Source: Cereibacter sphaeroides 2.4.1
Lineage (GTDB): Bacteria; Pseudomonadota; Alphaproteobacteria; Rhodobacterales; Rhodobacteraceae
Direction: 5' to 3'
DNA length: 32,000 nucleotides
Assembly: GCF_000012905.2 (NCBI RefSeq)
Contig: NC_007490.2
Coordinates: 68,828-100,827, forward strand
Position 1 is the stretch's first letter. Each line of letters begins with the position of its first letter. Below are positions 8,014 through 17,127 of the stretch, piece after piece. The notes beneath the pieces were generated by a model that saw only the letters and a list, made by a program, of their open reading frames with translations, was not told the origin of the DNA and searched no databases. Both the position numbers and the translations under genes were made by a program.

Positions 8014-10118
8014 TCCGCGCTCTCCTGTCGATCCTTCTCCTTCTCGCGGCCGCGGCCGCGGGCGCAGCCTCGGCCGAGGACCTGAACCCGACGGCGCGGG
8101 CAAAGGCCGCGGGCAATGCCGCAAAGATCGGCAGCGGCTCGAGCGTCTTCACGACCGGCAAGATCGAGGAGACGGTGACGCCCTACGCCGGCACCGACCT
8201 GCCGGAGGCGTCGATCCCGGGCTCGAGCCTCGAAAGCCGCGGGCGCGAGGAGGCGATCTCGGGAGGCGAAAGCTCCAAGGTCTATCAGAAGATGCAAAGC
8301 AGCTCGCAGCTCCGGCCGACCTATGAGCTCGACGGCAGCTATGGCGGCCTCCAGGCTGCGGACGCTGCCATCAAGAACGCGGATTCCATCGCCGGGCAGT
8401 ATTTCTCGGGGTCCGAGACGGAGAACCCGGCCTGCAACTTCACCGACTTCAGCGTCATGGAGAGCTTCGTCCGCTACTGCGACTCCCACACGGCCATGAC
8501 CAGCAAGGATTGCACGATCACCCGCACGGTGGAGGTGGATCGGCGAGATTACTGGCAGTGCGACATCGCCAGAAGCGATCTGACCGTCACCTGCGTGCCG
8601 GACGCCACGGGAGAATGCCCGAAGGCTGACCTGCCTGAAGGTAACCCCAACAACCAGTGCACGTTCCTTCAGGAGCGCTGCGTGGAATGGAGCAGGAACG
8701 AGTGGACGGAGGGGCCATACAACGGCCGGGTCGACGGAAGGTATTACGGCTGGGAGAAGTCATCGGACGGAAGCCTCCGCCTTTTCTGGGACACATCCGG
8801 GCCACAGGAAAGGACGGCGAAGACAAACAGCACTCCGATCTCCATTGGAAACTGCGTCTACCACGCGGATTGGGGCAACAAGCAGAAGGTGGGCTCCATC
8901 TACCGCTATGCTGTCTATCGCATCTGCACGGGCGAAGGAGCTCAGTGCCTCAAGAAGGAGCGGGATTATCGCTGCATCAGCGGCAACCAGTGCAAGAGCC
9001 TCAAGGCCACGCCGGCCTGCAAGGTGGATCGCCAGAAGTGCATTACATCGGGGCCGAACGGATGCGAACTCCAACGCTTCGACTATTCCTGCTTCAATGA
9101 CCTGAAGAACCACAAGCCTGCACGGCTGGTAGAAACCAAGATCGAGCGGATCGAGGACAAGCTCACAAACTCCTGCAACCCGAGTCCGGCCGATCAGGGC
9201 TGCGCGGCACAGGACACGGTTTGCACCTCGGGACCGGAGATCCGCACCGTCATGGGCTTTCCGGTCTCGCGGGACTGCTGGACCTACAAGCAGAGCTTCC
9301 AGTGCCTCGACGGCAAATCTCCGAATGCCACCGACTGCGGACCGTTCCTGAAGGATCCGAGCTGCAAGAAGGTGAGCCAGACCTGCCTCACCTTCGCTGA
9401 AGCGGACGAGGAAGTGGGGCCCACGCCGAAGACCTGCCAGCATTGGGAATATGGCTACAAGTGCGGGGGCGGGATGAGCCTGCCCGACTCCTGCTCTGCC
9501 ACCAACGTGTGCGTGGGCGATCTCTGCGAGGGCATTCCAGATGAGGTGAACAAGGACTTCCCGATGGCGGCCTCCTGGCTGAGCGTGCTCGATGAGGCCG
9601 CCAAGGACAGCGAAAAGTCGCTCGACATGCAGGACGTGAAGCTCTTCGGCGGCGTCAATCGCAAGTGCAAGGTCGGCGCCCTCGGCTACATGAACTGCTG
9701 CAAGGACTCCGGCTGGGCCAACGGGATCCTCGACTCCTGCTCGGAAAGCGAGCTGGCGCTGATCGACCGCATCCAGGCGAAGGCCGCCGTCTATATCGGC
9801 ACCTATTGCTCGCGGAAGGTGCTCGGCGTCTGCGTCTCGAAGCGCCGGAGCTACTGCACCTTCAACAGCCAGCTCGCCATGGTCTTCCAGAAGGAGATCC
9901 ACCACCTCACCGCCACGAGCTGGGGGTCGGCCAAGAAGCCGAACTGCAACGGGATCAAGCTCGACGAGATCGAGACGATCGATTGGGACAAGATCGATCT
10001 CTCGGAAGCCTTCGGCGACATGATGAACGGGGCCACCGTCCCGGCCTCGAAGGACGTCACGAAATACATGCGCGACCGGTTCGATGCCATGGCAGGCGCG
10101 GCGGCGGGAGGCCAGTGA
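8010..10118 (+). CDS. traN: TraN (mating-pair stabilisation outer-membrane protein)
   Basis: 702 aa with a signal peptide and about 38 cysteines by my count. The C-terminal motif region (GALGYMNCCKDSGW...YCSRKVLGVCVSKRRSYCTFNS) is typical of TraN. Confidence 0.9.
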   Translation: MIRALLSILLLLAAAAAGAASAEDLNPTARAKAAGNAAKIGSGSSVFTTGKIEETVTPYAGTDLPEASIPGSSLESRGREEAISGGESSKVYQKMQSSSQLRPTYELDGSYGGLQAADAAIKNADSIAGQYFSGSETENPACNFTDFSVMESFVRYCDSHTAMTSKDCTITRTVEVDRRDYWQCDIARSDLTVTCVPDATGECPKADLPEGNPNNQCTFLQERCVEWSRNEWTEGPYNGRVDGRYYGWEKSSDGSLRLFWDTSGPQERTAKTNSTPISIGNCVYHADWGNKQKVGSIYRYAVYRICTGEGAQCLKKERDYRCISGNQCKSLKATPACKVDRQKCITSGPNGCELQRFDYSCFNDLKNHKPARLVETKIERIEDKLTNSCNPSPADQGCAAQDTVCTSGPEIRTVMGFPVSRDCWTYKQSFQCLDGKSPNATDCGPFLKDPSCKKVSQTCLTFAEADEEVGPTPKTCQHWEYGYKCGGGMSLPDSCSATNVCVGDLCEGIPDEVNKDFPMAASWLSVLDEAAKDSEKSLDMQDVKLFGGVNRKCKVGALGYMNCCKDSGWANGILDSCSESELALIDRIQAKAAVYIGTYCSRKVLGVCVSKRRSYCTFNSQLAMVFQKEIHHLTATSWGSAKKPNCNGIKLDEIETIDWDKIDLSEAFGDMMNGATVPASKDVTKYMRDRFDAMAGAAAGGQ

Positions 10119-10119
10119 C

Positions 10120-10518
10120 ATGAACCGACGCACCCTGATCCTCGGGGCCGCGGCCGCGCTGGCACCCCTGCCTGCCGTCGCCGATCCCTCCGCACCCGTG
10201 GGACTCATCCTCGTCGGCGCGAGCTGGTGCCCGTTCTGCAAGGGCGCTGCCCAAGCGCTCCATGCCGCGGCCGGCCCGGCCGGGCTGCCGGTTCTGGTCG
10301 CGTCCCATGACGGCCGGCCGATCCCACCGTTCGAGGAGTTCGTGGACGCCCGCGGCCATCCGCTCGCGGCGGGCGTCCGGCAATGGCCGACGCTCCTCTT
10401 CGTCCATCTGCCCTCGCAGCGGGTCTTCGCCACCATCGAAGGCTTCCGCAACGCGCGGGCCTATCTCGGGCAGGTCCGGGCCACCCTCACTGCAGCACGG
10501 GAGGCGGGCTATGCGTAA
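10120..10518 (+). CDS. periplasmic thioredoxin-fold protein with CxxC (TrbB/DsbC-like transfer-associated disulfide isomerase)
   Basis: It has a signal peptide (LILGAAAALAPLPAVA) and WCPFC at nt 10225-10239. ATG 10120 lies 9 nt after GGGAGG. It sits between traN and traF. Confidence 0.75.
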   Translation: MNRRTLILGAAAALAPLPAVADPSAPVGLILVGASWCPFCKGAAQALHAAAGPAGLPVLVASHDGRPIPPFEEFVDARGHPLAAGVRQWPTLLFVHLPSQRVFATIEGFRNARAYLGQVRATLTAAREAGYA

Positions 10519-11344
10519 GAGCGTGTTCGCGGCCCTCATCGGCGCGTCTCTCGGCGGCTCGGCCGCGCTGGCGAACGGCGGCGCGGGCTCGGCCTACGGC
10601 TACTGCCGCGACGAAATCACGACCGGCTGGAATTTCTACTGCGACCCCACGCGCGCGAAGAAGGAAGAGAAGCCGAAGCTGCCAGCCGCGGCCGCACCTG
10701 CGGCGCAGGCTCCCGCCGCACCGGCCGAGAAGAGCTACACCCAGAAGATCGAGGAATATCGCAAGGAGCTGGATGAGCTGAAGTATCGCGCCGTGCTCGA
10801 GCCGTCGCCGGAGAATGTGCAGGCCTACATGGAGGCTCAGCAAAAGATGAGCCGGATGGCCGCGAGCTTCACCGACCAGTGGCAGAGGATCCTCTTCCGC
10901 ACGCCCTCGCTCGACATCAACACCCGCTTCCCGATGACCCAGATGGGCGGCTCGGTCTATCAGGACCAGATGCGCGTGGCGCGCGAGGCCTCGTTGAAGG
11001 ACGCGGCGGCAAATCTCGGCTTCATGGTGATCGTGGAGGATGCTGCGATCTGCGGCCTCTGCACGCCGCAGCTCGAAGTCATCCGCAGGATGCAGGAGCA
11101 ATATGGGATCGAGCCCATCGTCGTGACGGTGGACGGCTCGTTCCATCCCCTCTTCCCGAACGCCGTGGTGGATACGGGCCAGCTCAAGGCGCTGAAGCTC
11201 GCGGACAGCCCGCGCCCGACCATCGCTCTGGTCGAACCTCGCACCGGCACGGTCGAGCCGATCGGCTCGGGGCTTCTCACCGAGGACACGATCCTCGAGC
11301 GCGTCCATGTCGTGACGCAGATCCCCGCCGGCCAAAGATACTGA
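10511..11344 (+). CDS. traF: TraF (type-F pilin assembly, thioredoxin-like)
   Basis: 277 aa from ATG 10511. It has a signal peptide, GWNFYCDP near the N-terminus, and a C-terminal thioredoxin-like part (GFMVIVEDAAICGLCTPQLEVIRRMQEQYGIEPIVVTVDG). It is collinear with F TraF as I remember it. Confidence 0.85.
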   Translation: MRKSVFAALIGASLGGSAALANGGAGSAYGYCRDEITTGWNFYCDPTRAKKEEKPKLPAAAAPAAQAPAAPAEKSYTQKIEEYRKELDELKYRAVLEPSPENVQAYMEAQQKMSRMAASFTDQWQRILFRTPSLDINTRFPMTQMGGSVYQDQMRVAREASLKDAAANLGFMVIVEDAAICGLCTPQLEVIRRMQEQYGIEPIVVTVDGSFHPLFPNAVVDTGQLKALKLADSPRPTIALVEPRTGTVEPIGSGLLTEDTILERVHVVTQIPAGQRY

Positions 11345-11351
11345 GGCAGTC

Positions 11352-11597
11352 ATGTCCCATGCTTTTCATCCGCAAACCTCGGGCGGCCTCTCGGCCCGGC
11401 GCAGGCGTCAACGGTGTCTGGACCTCTTCCGTCTCTCGTTGGCGGCCCTAGCGCTCCACCTCGTCATCATCGGCGCCGTCTATGCGGGGATCCTCGGCCC
11501 GGAGCCCAACTGGACGCCCTTTCTCGTCACCATGACTGTCTTCGGCGCCTCGGCCCTCTGGGGCCTGATCGGCCTCGCCCTCTCTTCCAGATCGTAA
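11352..11597 (+). CDS. small two-TM membrane protein in the tra block (TraQ/TrbF-position ORF)
   Basis: 81 aa with two hydrophobic segments. GAGG lies 5 nt upstream of ATG 11352. It fills the whole gap between traF and traH. Confidence 0.5.
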   Translation: MSHAFHPQTSGGLSARRRRQRCLDLFRLSLAALALHLVIIGAVYAGILGPEPNWTPFLVTMTVFGASALWGLIGLALSSRS

Positions 11598-11607
11598 GGA
11601 GTAGCCC

Positions 11608-13005
11608 GTGCAACTGTTGAAATGGATCTCGAGCGGGATCCTCGCCGGCGCGCTCAGCTGCGCCACCGCGGGATCAGCCATTCCGGCCGGCCTTGGCGAC
11701 GACCTGAAGGATTTCTGGGAGCGGACCGGCGGCGGCGTGAACGTGACGCGGCCGCAAGCCTATCAGGGGCAGATGGGGGGCTATGTCACCCTCGGCTCGC
11801 TCTACATGCGCACCAAGCCGCGCAACAGCTCCATGCTGCAGTTCCAGCTCCCCTCGGTGCGGGCCGGCTGCGGCGGCATCGACATTTTCGGGGGCTCCTT
11901 CTCGTTCATCAGCAAGGAGGAAATGATCTACCTCATGGAGGGGATCATGCAGAACGCCTCCAGCTTCGCCTTCGAGCTGGCCCTCGAGAGCCTGTCGCCG
12001 GCCGTGGCCGAACAGGTCGCCAAGCTGCGCGACCTGCTGCAGGAGGTGAACGCCATGAACATCAACTCCTGCGAGGCGGGGCAGATGCTCGTGGGCTCCC
12101 TCTGGCCGAAAATGGACGGCGCGTCTCAGCACATCTGCCAGACGGTCGGCGGCATGAACGGCACGTTCGCCGACGCCGTGTCCCGCCGGCACGGCTGCGG
12201 GACCGAGGGCAAGCAGAACCAGACGCTCCGCGGTGCTAAGGGCGCGCTCGCCGATCAGGTCCCGGTCGACATCAACTACGCCTGGCGCGCGGTAAAGAAG
12301 AACGGCTTCCTCGCCTCGAACCCGACCATCGGCGAGCTCTTCATGTCGATGACCGGCACGATCATCACGACCGGGGCCGCGAACGACAATGAGGGGCCGA
12401 AGCACCGGACCATCGCTCCCCGCGCCTTCACTCCGGAAATGCTGGTGGCTCTGGTCGATGGCGGCACGATCCCGATCCTGAAATGCAACGATACCAACAA
12501 GTGCCTGAACCCGACGTGGAAGGACGTGACCCTCGCGCGCGATGACGCCTATTTCGCGCGGGTCCGGAAGGTGGTGAAGGCCCTCTCTGACGCGATCCGC
12601 GACGATACCGAGCTGACCGAGGAAATGATCGGCATCATCGGCCTCACCTCGGCGCCGGTCTACGAGACGCTGAAGACGGCCCGGGCCTACAAGTATCAGT
12701 TCGTGGACGACGAGATCGCGCTCCTGTCCGAGCTCGTCGCGGTCGAGCTCGCCATGCTCTACATGAACGAGACCCTGACCGAAATGGGCCGCTCGGCCTC
12801 GAACGTCGACACGTTCGGCGACATTGTCCGCGAGTTCCAGGAGACCATCCGCAACACCCAGAACGGCTTCGGCACGCTGCGCCGCGAGGCCGCCGAAAAG
12901 TATGCAGACGCGCTTTCGGCCATCGAGAAGCTGCAGCTTCACAAGGCCATGCTCACGGCCGGCAGCTCCACGAAGTTCGCTTCGATGATGGGACAGGGGC
13001 GCTAA
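11608..13005 (+). CDS. traH: TraH (F-type pilus assembly protein)
   Basis: GTG 11608 lies 6 nt after TAAGGAG. It has a signal peptide and a TraH-like region GGYVTLGSLYMRTKPRN...LPSVRAGCGGIDIFGGSFSFI. Confidence 0.9.
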   Translation: MQLLKWISSGILAGALSCATAGSAIPAGLGDDLKDFWERTGGGVNVTRPQAYQGQMGGYVTLGSLYMRTKPRNSSMLQFQLPSVRAGCGGIDIFGGSFSFISKEEMIYLMEGIMQNASSFAFELALESLSPAVAEQVAKLRDLLQEVNAMNINSCEAGQMLVGSLWPKMDGASQHICQTVGGMNGTFADAVSRRHGCGTEGKQNQTLRGAKGALADQVPVDINYAWRAVKKNGFLASNPTIGELFMSMTGTIITTGAANDNEGPKHRTIAPRAFTPEMLVALVDGGTIPILKCNDTNKCLNPTWKDVTLARDDAYFARVRKVVKALSDAIRDDTELTEEMIGIIGLTSAPVYETLKTARAYKYQFVDDEIALLSELVAVELAMLYMNETLTEMGRSASNVDTFGDIVREFQETIRNTQNGFGTLRREAAEKYADALSAIEKLQLHKAMLTAGSSTKFASMMGQGR

Positions 13006-13008
13006 TCC

Positions 13009-16000
13009 ATGCAGTGGGAAATCTACACGACCGGCGGCGCCTTCTATCTCTATGACGTGTTCCAGATGCTCGGGGCCTACACCTCCTCGGGCAACTTCAA
13101 GAACCTCCTCGCCATCGGGACGATCATCGGCATCGGCTGGGCGTCGCTGCAGCTGGCCTTCGGCGGCAGCCTCGGCTCCGCCATGAAATATGTGCTGACC
13201 ATGATGCTCGTCATGATGTTCACCCTCGGCCCGAAATCCTCGGTGGTCATCATCGACAAGACCAGCGGAACGGTGCCCATCTACGGGGTCGTGGACAATG
13301 TGCCGACGCCGGTGGCGATGCTCGGGCACTACACCTCGGCCGTGAGCTACTACCTGACCGGGCAGATGGAAACGCTCATGTCCACGCCCACGAACCTCAC
13401 CTACCAGAAGAACGGGATCCTCTTCGGCGCCACCCTCCTGTCGCAGGCCGCGAACTGGCGGGCGGTCACGCCAAAGATCCACGAGAACCTGGTCAACTAT
13501 ATGCAGAACTGCGTTCTCGACGCGGCAGCGCTCGGACACATGGAGCTCGAAATGGTGGCCACGACCGGCAACCTCGAGAGCTACATCGCCTCGAACATGC
13601 CGGCCTCGATGGCCTATTACGACGTGGTGAAGGGCGCGACGCGCAAATGCTCCGAGGGCTGGGCGAACGTCCGGGCCGCCGTGACCACCGACGTGAACAA
13701 GGTGTTCGCGCGCAAGGCGGCCGGGATCTTCCAGGGCGTCAATTCCTCGGGCGCAGCCAACGTGAACCGGCTGAAGGGCACGCTGAGCGACTTCCAGCAG
13801 CTCATGGCCATGTCCTCGGCCTCGTCCGTGCAAACCGTGAAGCAGGCCATGTATGTCACGGCCATGGACGACGGGATGAAGCGCTTCATCGCCAACTCGG
13901 GCAACTCGGCTGCGATGGAGATCTATCAGGCGACCCGCGCCGAGATCCAGACGCGCTCGAGCTATGCCGCCATCGGCGCCAGCGCCGCCAAATGGGTGCC
14001 GCTCCTGAAGATCGTCTTCGAGACGCTCTATTACGCCGCCTTCCCGATGGCCGTCCTCATGATGATGACCCCGCTCGCCATGACCGTGCTCAAGGGCTAT
14101 GCCGGCGGCTTCGTCTGGATCGCGGCTTGGGAGCCCTTGAGCGCGATCCTGCATTCGGTCGTCATCAAGGCCTCCACCGGCTTCTACCGCGAGGCGGGGG
14201 CGGTCACCTCGGACGGATCGGTGAGCGACGTGGTGCTTTCATGGGCGAACCACTTCGGGATCCGGGCAGTCGAGCAGGATGTGGGCAGCGTCGCGGGCTA
14301 CCTCATGATGTCGGTGCCGTTCCTCGCGACGGCCATCCTGTTCGGCGCCAACCGCATGGTGGGCATGGCGACCTCGATGCTGAACGTGGGGCAGGGGGCC
14401 GCAATCGAGTCCGGGCGCGAGGCCGCAACCGGCGCGATCAGCCTCGGCAACATGTCCATGAACAACTACGCGGCCAACAAGATGAACCTCTCGAGCATGT
14501 GGGACGTCGGCCGGGACAGCATGGTGGGAGACAACGGCGCGGTCATCACGCAGAACGCGGACGGGCGCTACAACTGGGCCGCCGGCACCGCCGTCTCCTC
14601 CGGCGCCATGACCTCGCAGTTCGGAGAAGCCGTCCGGTCCGAAGTCAGCCGCCGCGCCGAAAGCTCGCGCACCGCCGCCTCAAGCGCGGCTTCCGAGCTC
14701 TCGGACTACATCAGCCAGGGGGCATCCGAGATCAACAGCTTCGGGCAGAGCTTCACCAGCGGGAAGATGGCAAACAAGGGATATGCCACTGATTCACAAG
14801 CGACAGAGACAACAAGGGTCGCGGAGTCGTTCAAGCGAGTTGAGGACTTTGCGCGCGATCATGGCATCTCGACCGACGTCGCAATAGGCGCCGGCATCGC
14901 CGCTCACCTTCAAGCGAAGGCGGGAGGAGCACTAGGATCAGCTATCTCTAGCTTGACCGGTCTGGAGGCCGGTGCAAGCGCCTCTCTGTCGGGCAATCTG
15001 GGAGCCAAATCCGACGAACGGTTCAGTGAAATCGTTAAGGCTGCCACAAGTGCTGGCATTGACAAAGACGTGAGCACAATCAACTCGGCGCGCTACTCGG
15101 CCAGCTCCTCTGACACGCATGGCCGCCAGACCACGGCGGGAGAGGACCGGCGCTTCAGCTTGGACGAAGGTGAACGCCTGGCGGAAAGTTACATTTCGAG
15201 ACTGGAGGAGGCCAAATCTTATTCGGAAGCGGAGAGCCGGTTGAAGTCTGGTGGCACCTCTCTCGACATGAACCTCAATCAGATGATCGGCAACGAACTG
15301 GTCCGCGGTGGCCACAACCCGCTCGAAGTAAGCGACTTCTTCAATCCGAAAACAGGCGCGGCCATGGGAGAAGGCAAGCAGATCGTCGGCCGCGTGGTGG
15401 ACGACCTCGTAAACGGTCTGGTCGGGCCCGGGCCCCAAGATCGCACACAAGACTACGAGGTGCAGGTCGATCAGAGCGCCTTCCGCAAGGATCTGCCCCG
15501 CGAAGCTACTCTTGATGCAGGCACGCCAAATGCGCGATCAATTTCGCTCGATGCTCAGCGCAGCTCTGTCGATGGAGCGATTGGCCAAGCTGAAAGCGAT
15601 GCGCAAGGCGACCATCTCAACCTTACCCGCTACCATGGTGACAAGGTGAGGGAGGAAAATCCGCTGCTCGAATCCAACCGGTCTGCTCTGGCCAGTGGCG
15701 CTGAGCAGACGATTGGGGAGGCCGGCTACAAGCGCGTGTTTGGTTGGCTGAACGTTGGCGCCGCCGAGGCGGCAGAGCTGCAGCAGGCACATCCTGCCGC
15801 TTGGACGTCGCCAGGCGCGGCTTTGGATTACTACAGTCAGAACCCGGAAAAATTCATGGAGGTGCTCGGCCGCCCTTTCGTTGATGGCGACGACTTGCCC
15901 TCGTCGCCGGATAACCAGAATGCGGCCCTGTATCCCTCGCCGATGCTGCCGAGAGCATACTCAGCGCAGGAGCGGGACGTCATGGTGCGCACCATCCTCG

Positions 16001-16419
16001 GCGAGGCCGCCGATCAGGGCAATGTCGGCATGGCGGCAGTTGCGCTAGTAATCCGCAACCGTGCGGAAGACGTCAGGTTTCCCGACAACGTGGCAGACGT
16101 CAGCCTGCAGCCACGCCAGTTCTCTGCCTGGAACGCGGACGGATCAGGGAACGCTCTCGTCGCCAAATACAACCCCGGCGAGGCGGCTTATGAGCGCGCC
16201 GCCTACGTTGCCGATCTCGTGATGGCCGGGCTGGTTCCCGACTTTACTGAAGGCGCCACGCACTACTACTCACCGGCCGGAATGAACCATCTGGTGGAAA
16301 GCGGCTACCAGAAAAACCTCATCCCGTCCTGGCTCGCCCGTGAGACGGAAGCTCGTGATGCTCCGCCGATACGCATCGGCGGGCACATTTTCACAGGCTC
16401 GGTTCGGATTGACAGATGA
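13009..16419 (+). CDS. traG: TraG (F-type mating-pair stabilisation/pilus assembly membrane protein) with a C-terminal SleB-type cell-wall hydrolase domain
   Basis: 1136 aa. The polytopic N-terminal half is TraG_N-like. The middle is Ser/Ala-rich. The last ~155 aa (nt ~15955-16416) read ERDVMVRTILGEAADQGNVGMAAVALVIRNRAEDVRFPDNVADVSLQPRQFSAWN...GATHYYSP...IGGHIFTG, which is the SleB/Hydrolase_2 pattern. Confidence 0.9.
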   Translation: MQWEIYTTGGAFYLYDVFQMLGAYTSSGNFKNLLAIGTIIGIGWASLQLAFGGSLGSAMKYVLTMMLVMMFTLGPKSSVVIIDKTSGTVPIYGVVDNVPTPVAMLGHYTSAVSYYLTGQMETLMSTPTNLTYQKNGILFGATLLSQAANWRAVTPKIHENLVNYMQNCVLDAAALGHMELEMVATTGNLESYIASNMPASMAYYDVVKGATRKCSEGWANVRAAVTTDVNKVFARKAAGIFQGVNSSGAANVNRLKGTLSDFQQLMAMSSASSVQTVKQAMYVTAMDDGMKRFIANSGNSAAMEIYQATRAEIQTRSSYAAIGASAAKWVPLLKIVFETLYYAAFPMAVLMMMTPLAMTVLKGYAGGFVWIAAWEPLSAILHSVVIKASTGFYREAGAVTSDGSVSDVVLSWANHFGIRAVEQDVGSVAGYLMMSVPFLATAILFGANRMVGMATSMLNVGQGAAIESGREAATGAISLGNMSMNNYAANKMNLSSMWDVGRDSMVGDNGAVITQNADGRYNWAAGTAVSSGAMTSQFGEAVRSEVSRRAESSRTAASSAASELSDYISQGASEINSFGQSFTSGKMANKGYATDSQATETTRVAESFKRVEDFARDHGISTDVAIGAGIAAHLQAKAGGALGSAISSLTGLEAGASASLSGNLGAKSDERFSEIVKAATSAGIDKDVSTINSARYSASSSDTHGRQTTAGEDRRFSLDEGERLAESYISRLEEAKSYSEAESRLKSGGTSLDMNLNQMIGNELVRGGHNPLEVSDFFNPKTGAAMGEGKQIVGRVVDDLVNGLVGPGPQDRTQDYEVQVDQSAFRKDLPREATLDAGTPNARSISLDAQRSSVDGAIGQAESDAQGDHLNLTRYHGDKVREENPLLESNRSALASGAEQTIGEAGYKRVFGWLNVGAAEAAELQQAHPAAWTSPGAALDYYSQNPEKFMEVLGRPFVDGDDLPSSPDNQNAALYPSPMLPRAYSAQERDVMVRTILGEAADQGNVGMAAVALVIRNRAEDVRFPDNVADVSLQPRQFSAWNADGSGNALVAKYNPGEAAYERAAYVADLVMAGLVPDFTEGATHYYSPAGMNHLVESGYQKNLIPSWLARETEARDAPPIRIGGHIFTGSVRIDR

Positions 16420-16426
16420 TGGGCAA

Positions 16427-16759
16427 TCAATGCCAACCCAACAAGGCTCGGTGAGCATGATACTCCGGCGTGCCCAGTACGAACTCGCGCGCGGCGAAGC
16501 TATGCGGCTCCACATCCACCGGAGCCAACGGCGAAGGACTATCCACCAACAACAGATTGAGCTGAGCCGGTCCCGCACCGCTTCTAGTGCCGTATCGTGG
16601 CACCAGTGCAACTACCCCCAGAAAGGCACCAAAAAATGTCGTCGCAGCGCTCATGAACCAGACGCCGGCTGATAGATAGTAGAGGCCCGCTGCGCCGAGA
16701 ATCCACTCGAACACAACCCTCAAGATGCGAGACATCGACCATGCCTTGTGCTTCGGCAT
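16427..16759 (-). CDS. small inner-membrane protein, convergent with traG (candidate entry-exclusion or immunity factor)
   Basis: 110 aa from ATG 16759; the track ORF extends to 16822. It has two hydrophobic segments (ILRVVFEWILGAAGLYYLSAGVWF / TTFFGAFLGVVALV). Its codon usage matches the lower-GC3 3' part of traG. Its stop lies 8 nt from the traG stop. Confidence 0.45.
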   Translation of the reverse strand: MPKHKAWSMSRILRVVFEWILGAAGLYYLSAGVWFMSAATTFFGAFLGVVALVPRYGTRSGAGPAQLNLLLVDSPSPLAPVDVEPHSFAAREFVLGTPEYHAHRALLGWH

Positions 16760-17127
16760 CTGAGCGCCGCAAGAGACGCCGGGTAGCTTGGGCAAACTTG
16801 CCTGTCTCGGGGGTAGGGTCATAACGACATCCTAGATACAACAAACGCCCGCCGAAGAGGTTCGAGCAGCTCATTCACCTTGAGGATAGCGCAAGATTTG
16901 AACAACGCAAGGCTGAAGAACAAAGTACGACCAAGGCGAACTAACGCAGTAAGCCACTAAAAAGAGCTAAGAGATGGTAAACCTTCTCTTGTGTCGAGTC
17001 CCACTGCACATGCCCAGCCTCATCCATATAAAGCTCTATTTTTCTTGACATGCGCAAGGTCCGAGCCCTCCACTGATACGGCGAAAGGCCGAGAGTTCCA
17101 GGCTTTTGACAGCGGCTATGTGGAGAG

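Larger units (their letters stand above)
1..16419 (+). mobile_element. F-type (MPF_F) conjugative mating-pair-formation gene block; continues left of the window
   Basis: There are 16 co-directional ORFs with almost no intergenic DNA. The order traK-B-V-C ... W-U-trbC-N ... F-H-G is that of F / SXT-R391 / IncH-type T4SS. Many stop-start overlaps are present (ATGA, TAATG). Confidence 0.85.

Noticed and set aside
277-14154. Very long antisense ORFs opposite the tra genes: 277..1545(-), 1988..4297(-) 769 aa, 8760..10451(-), 11674..14154(-) 826 aa.
   Set aside because: They are shadow ORFs typical of high-GC DNA. Their products are Arg/Gly/Ala/Pro/His-rich, have no recognisable motifs and show a poor third-position pattern. 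The sense strand encodes clearly recognisable Tra proteins.
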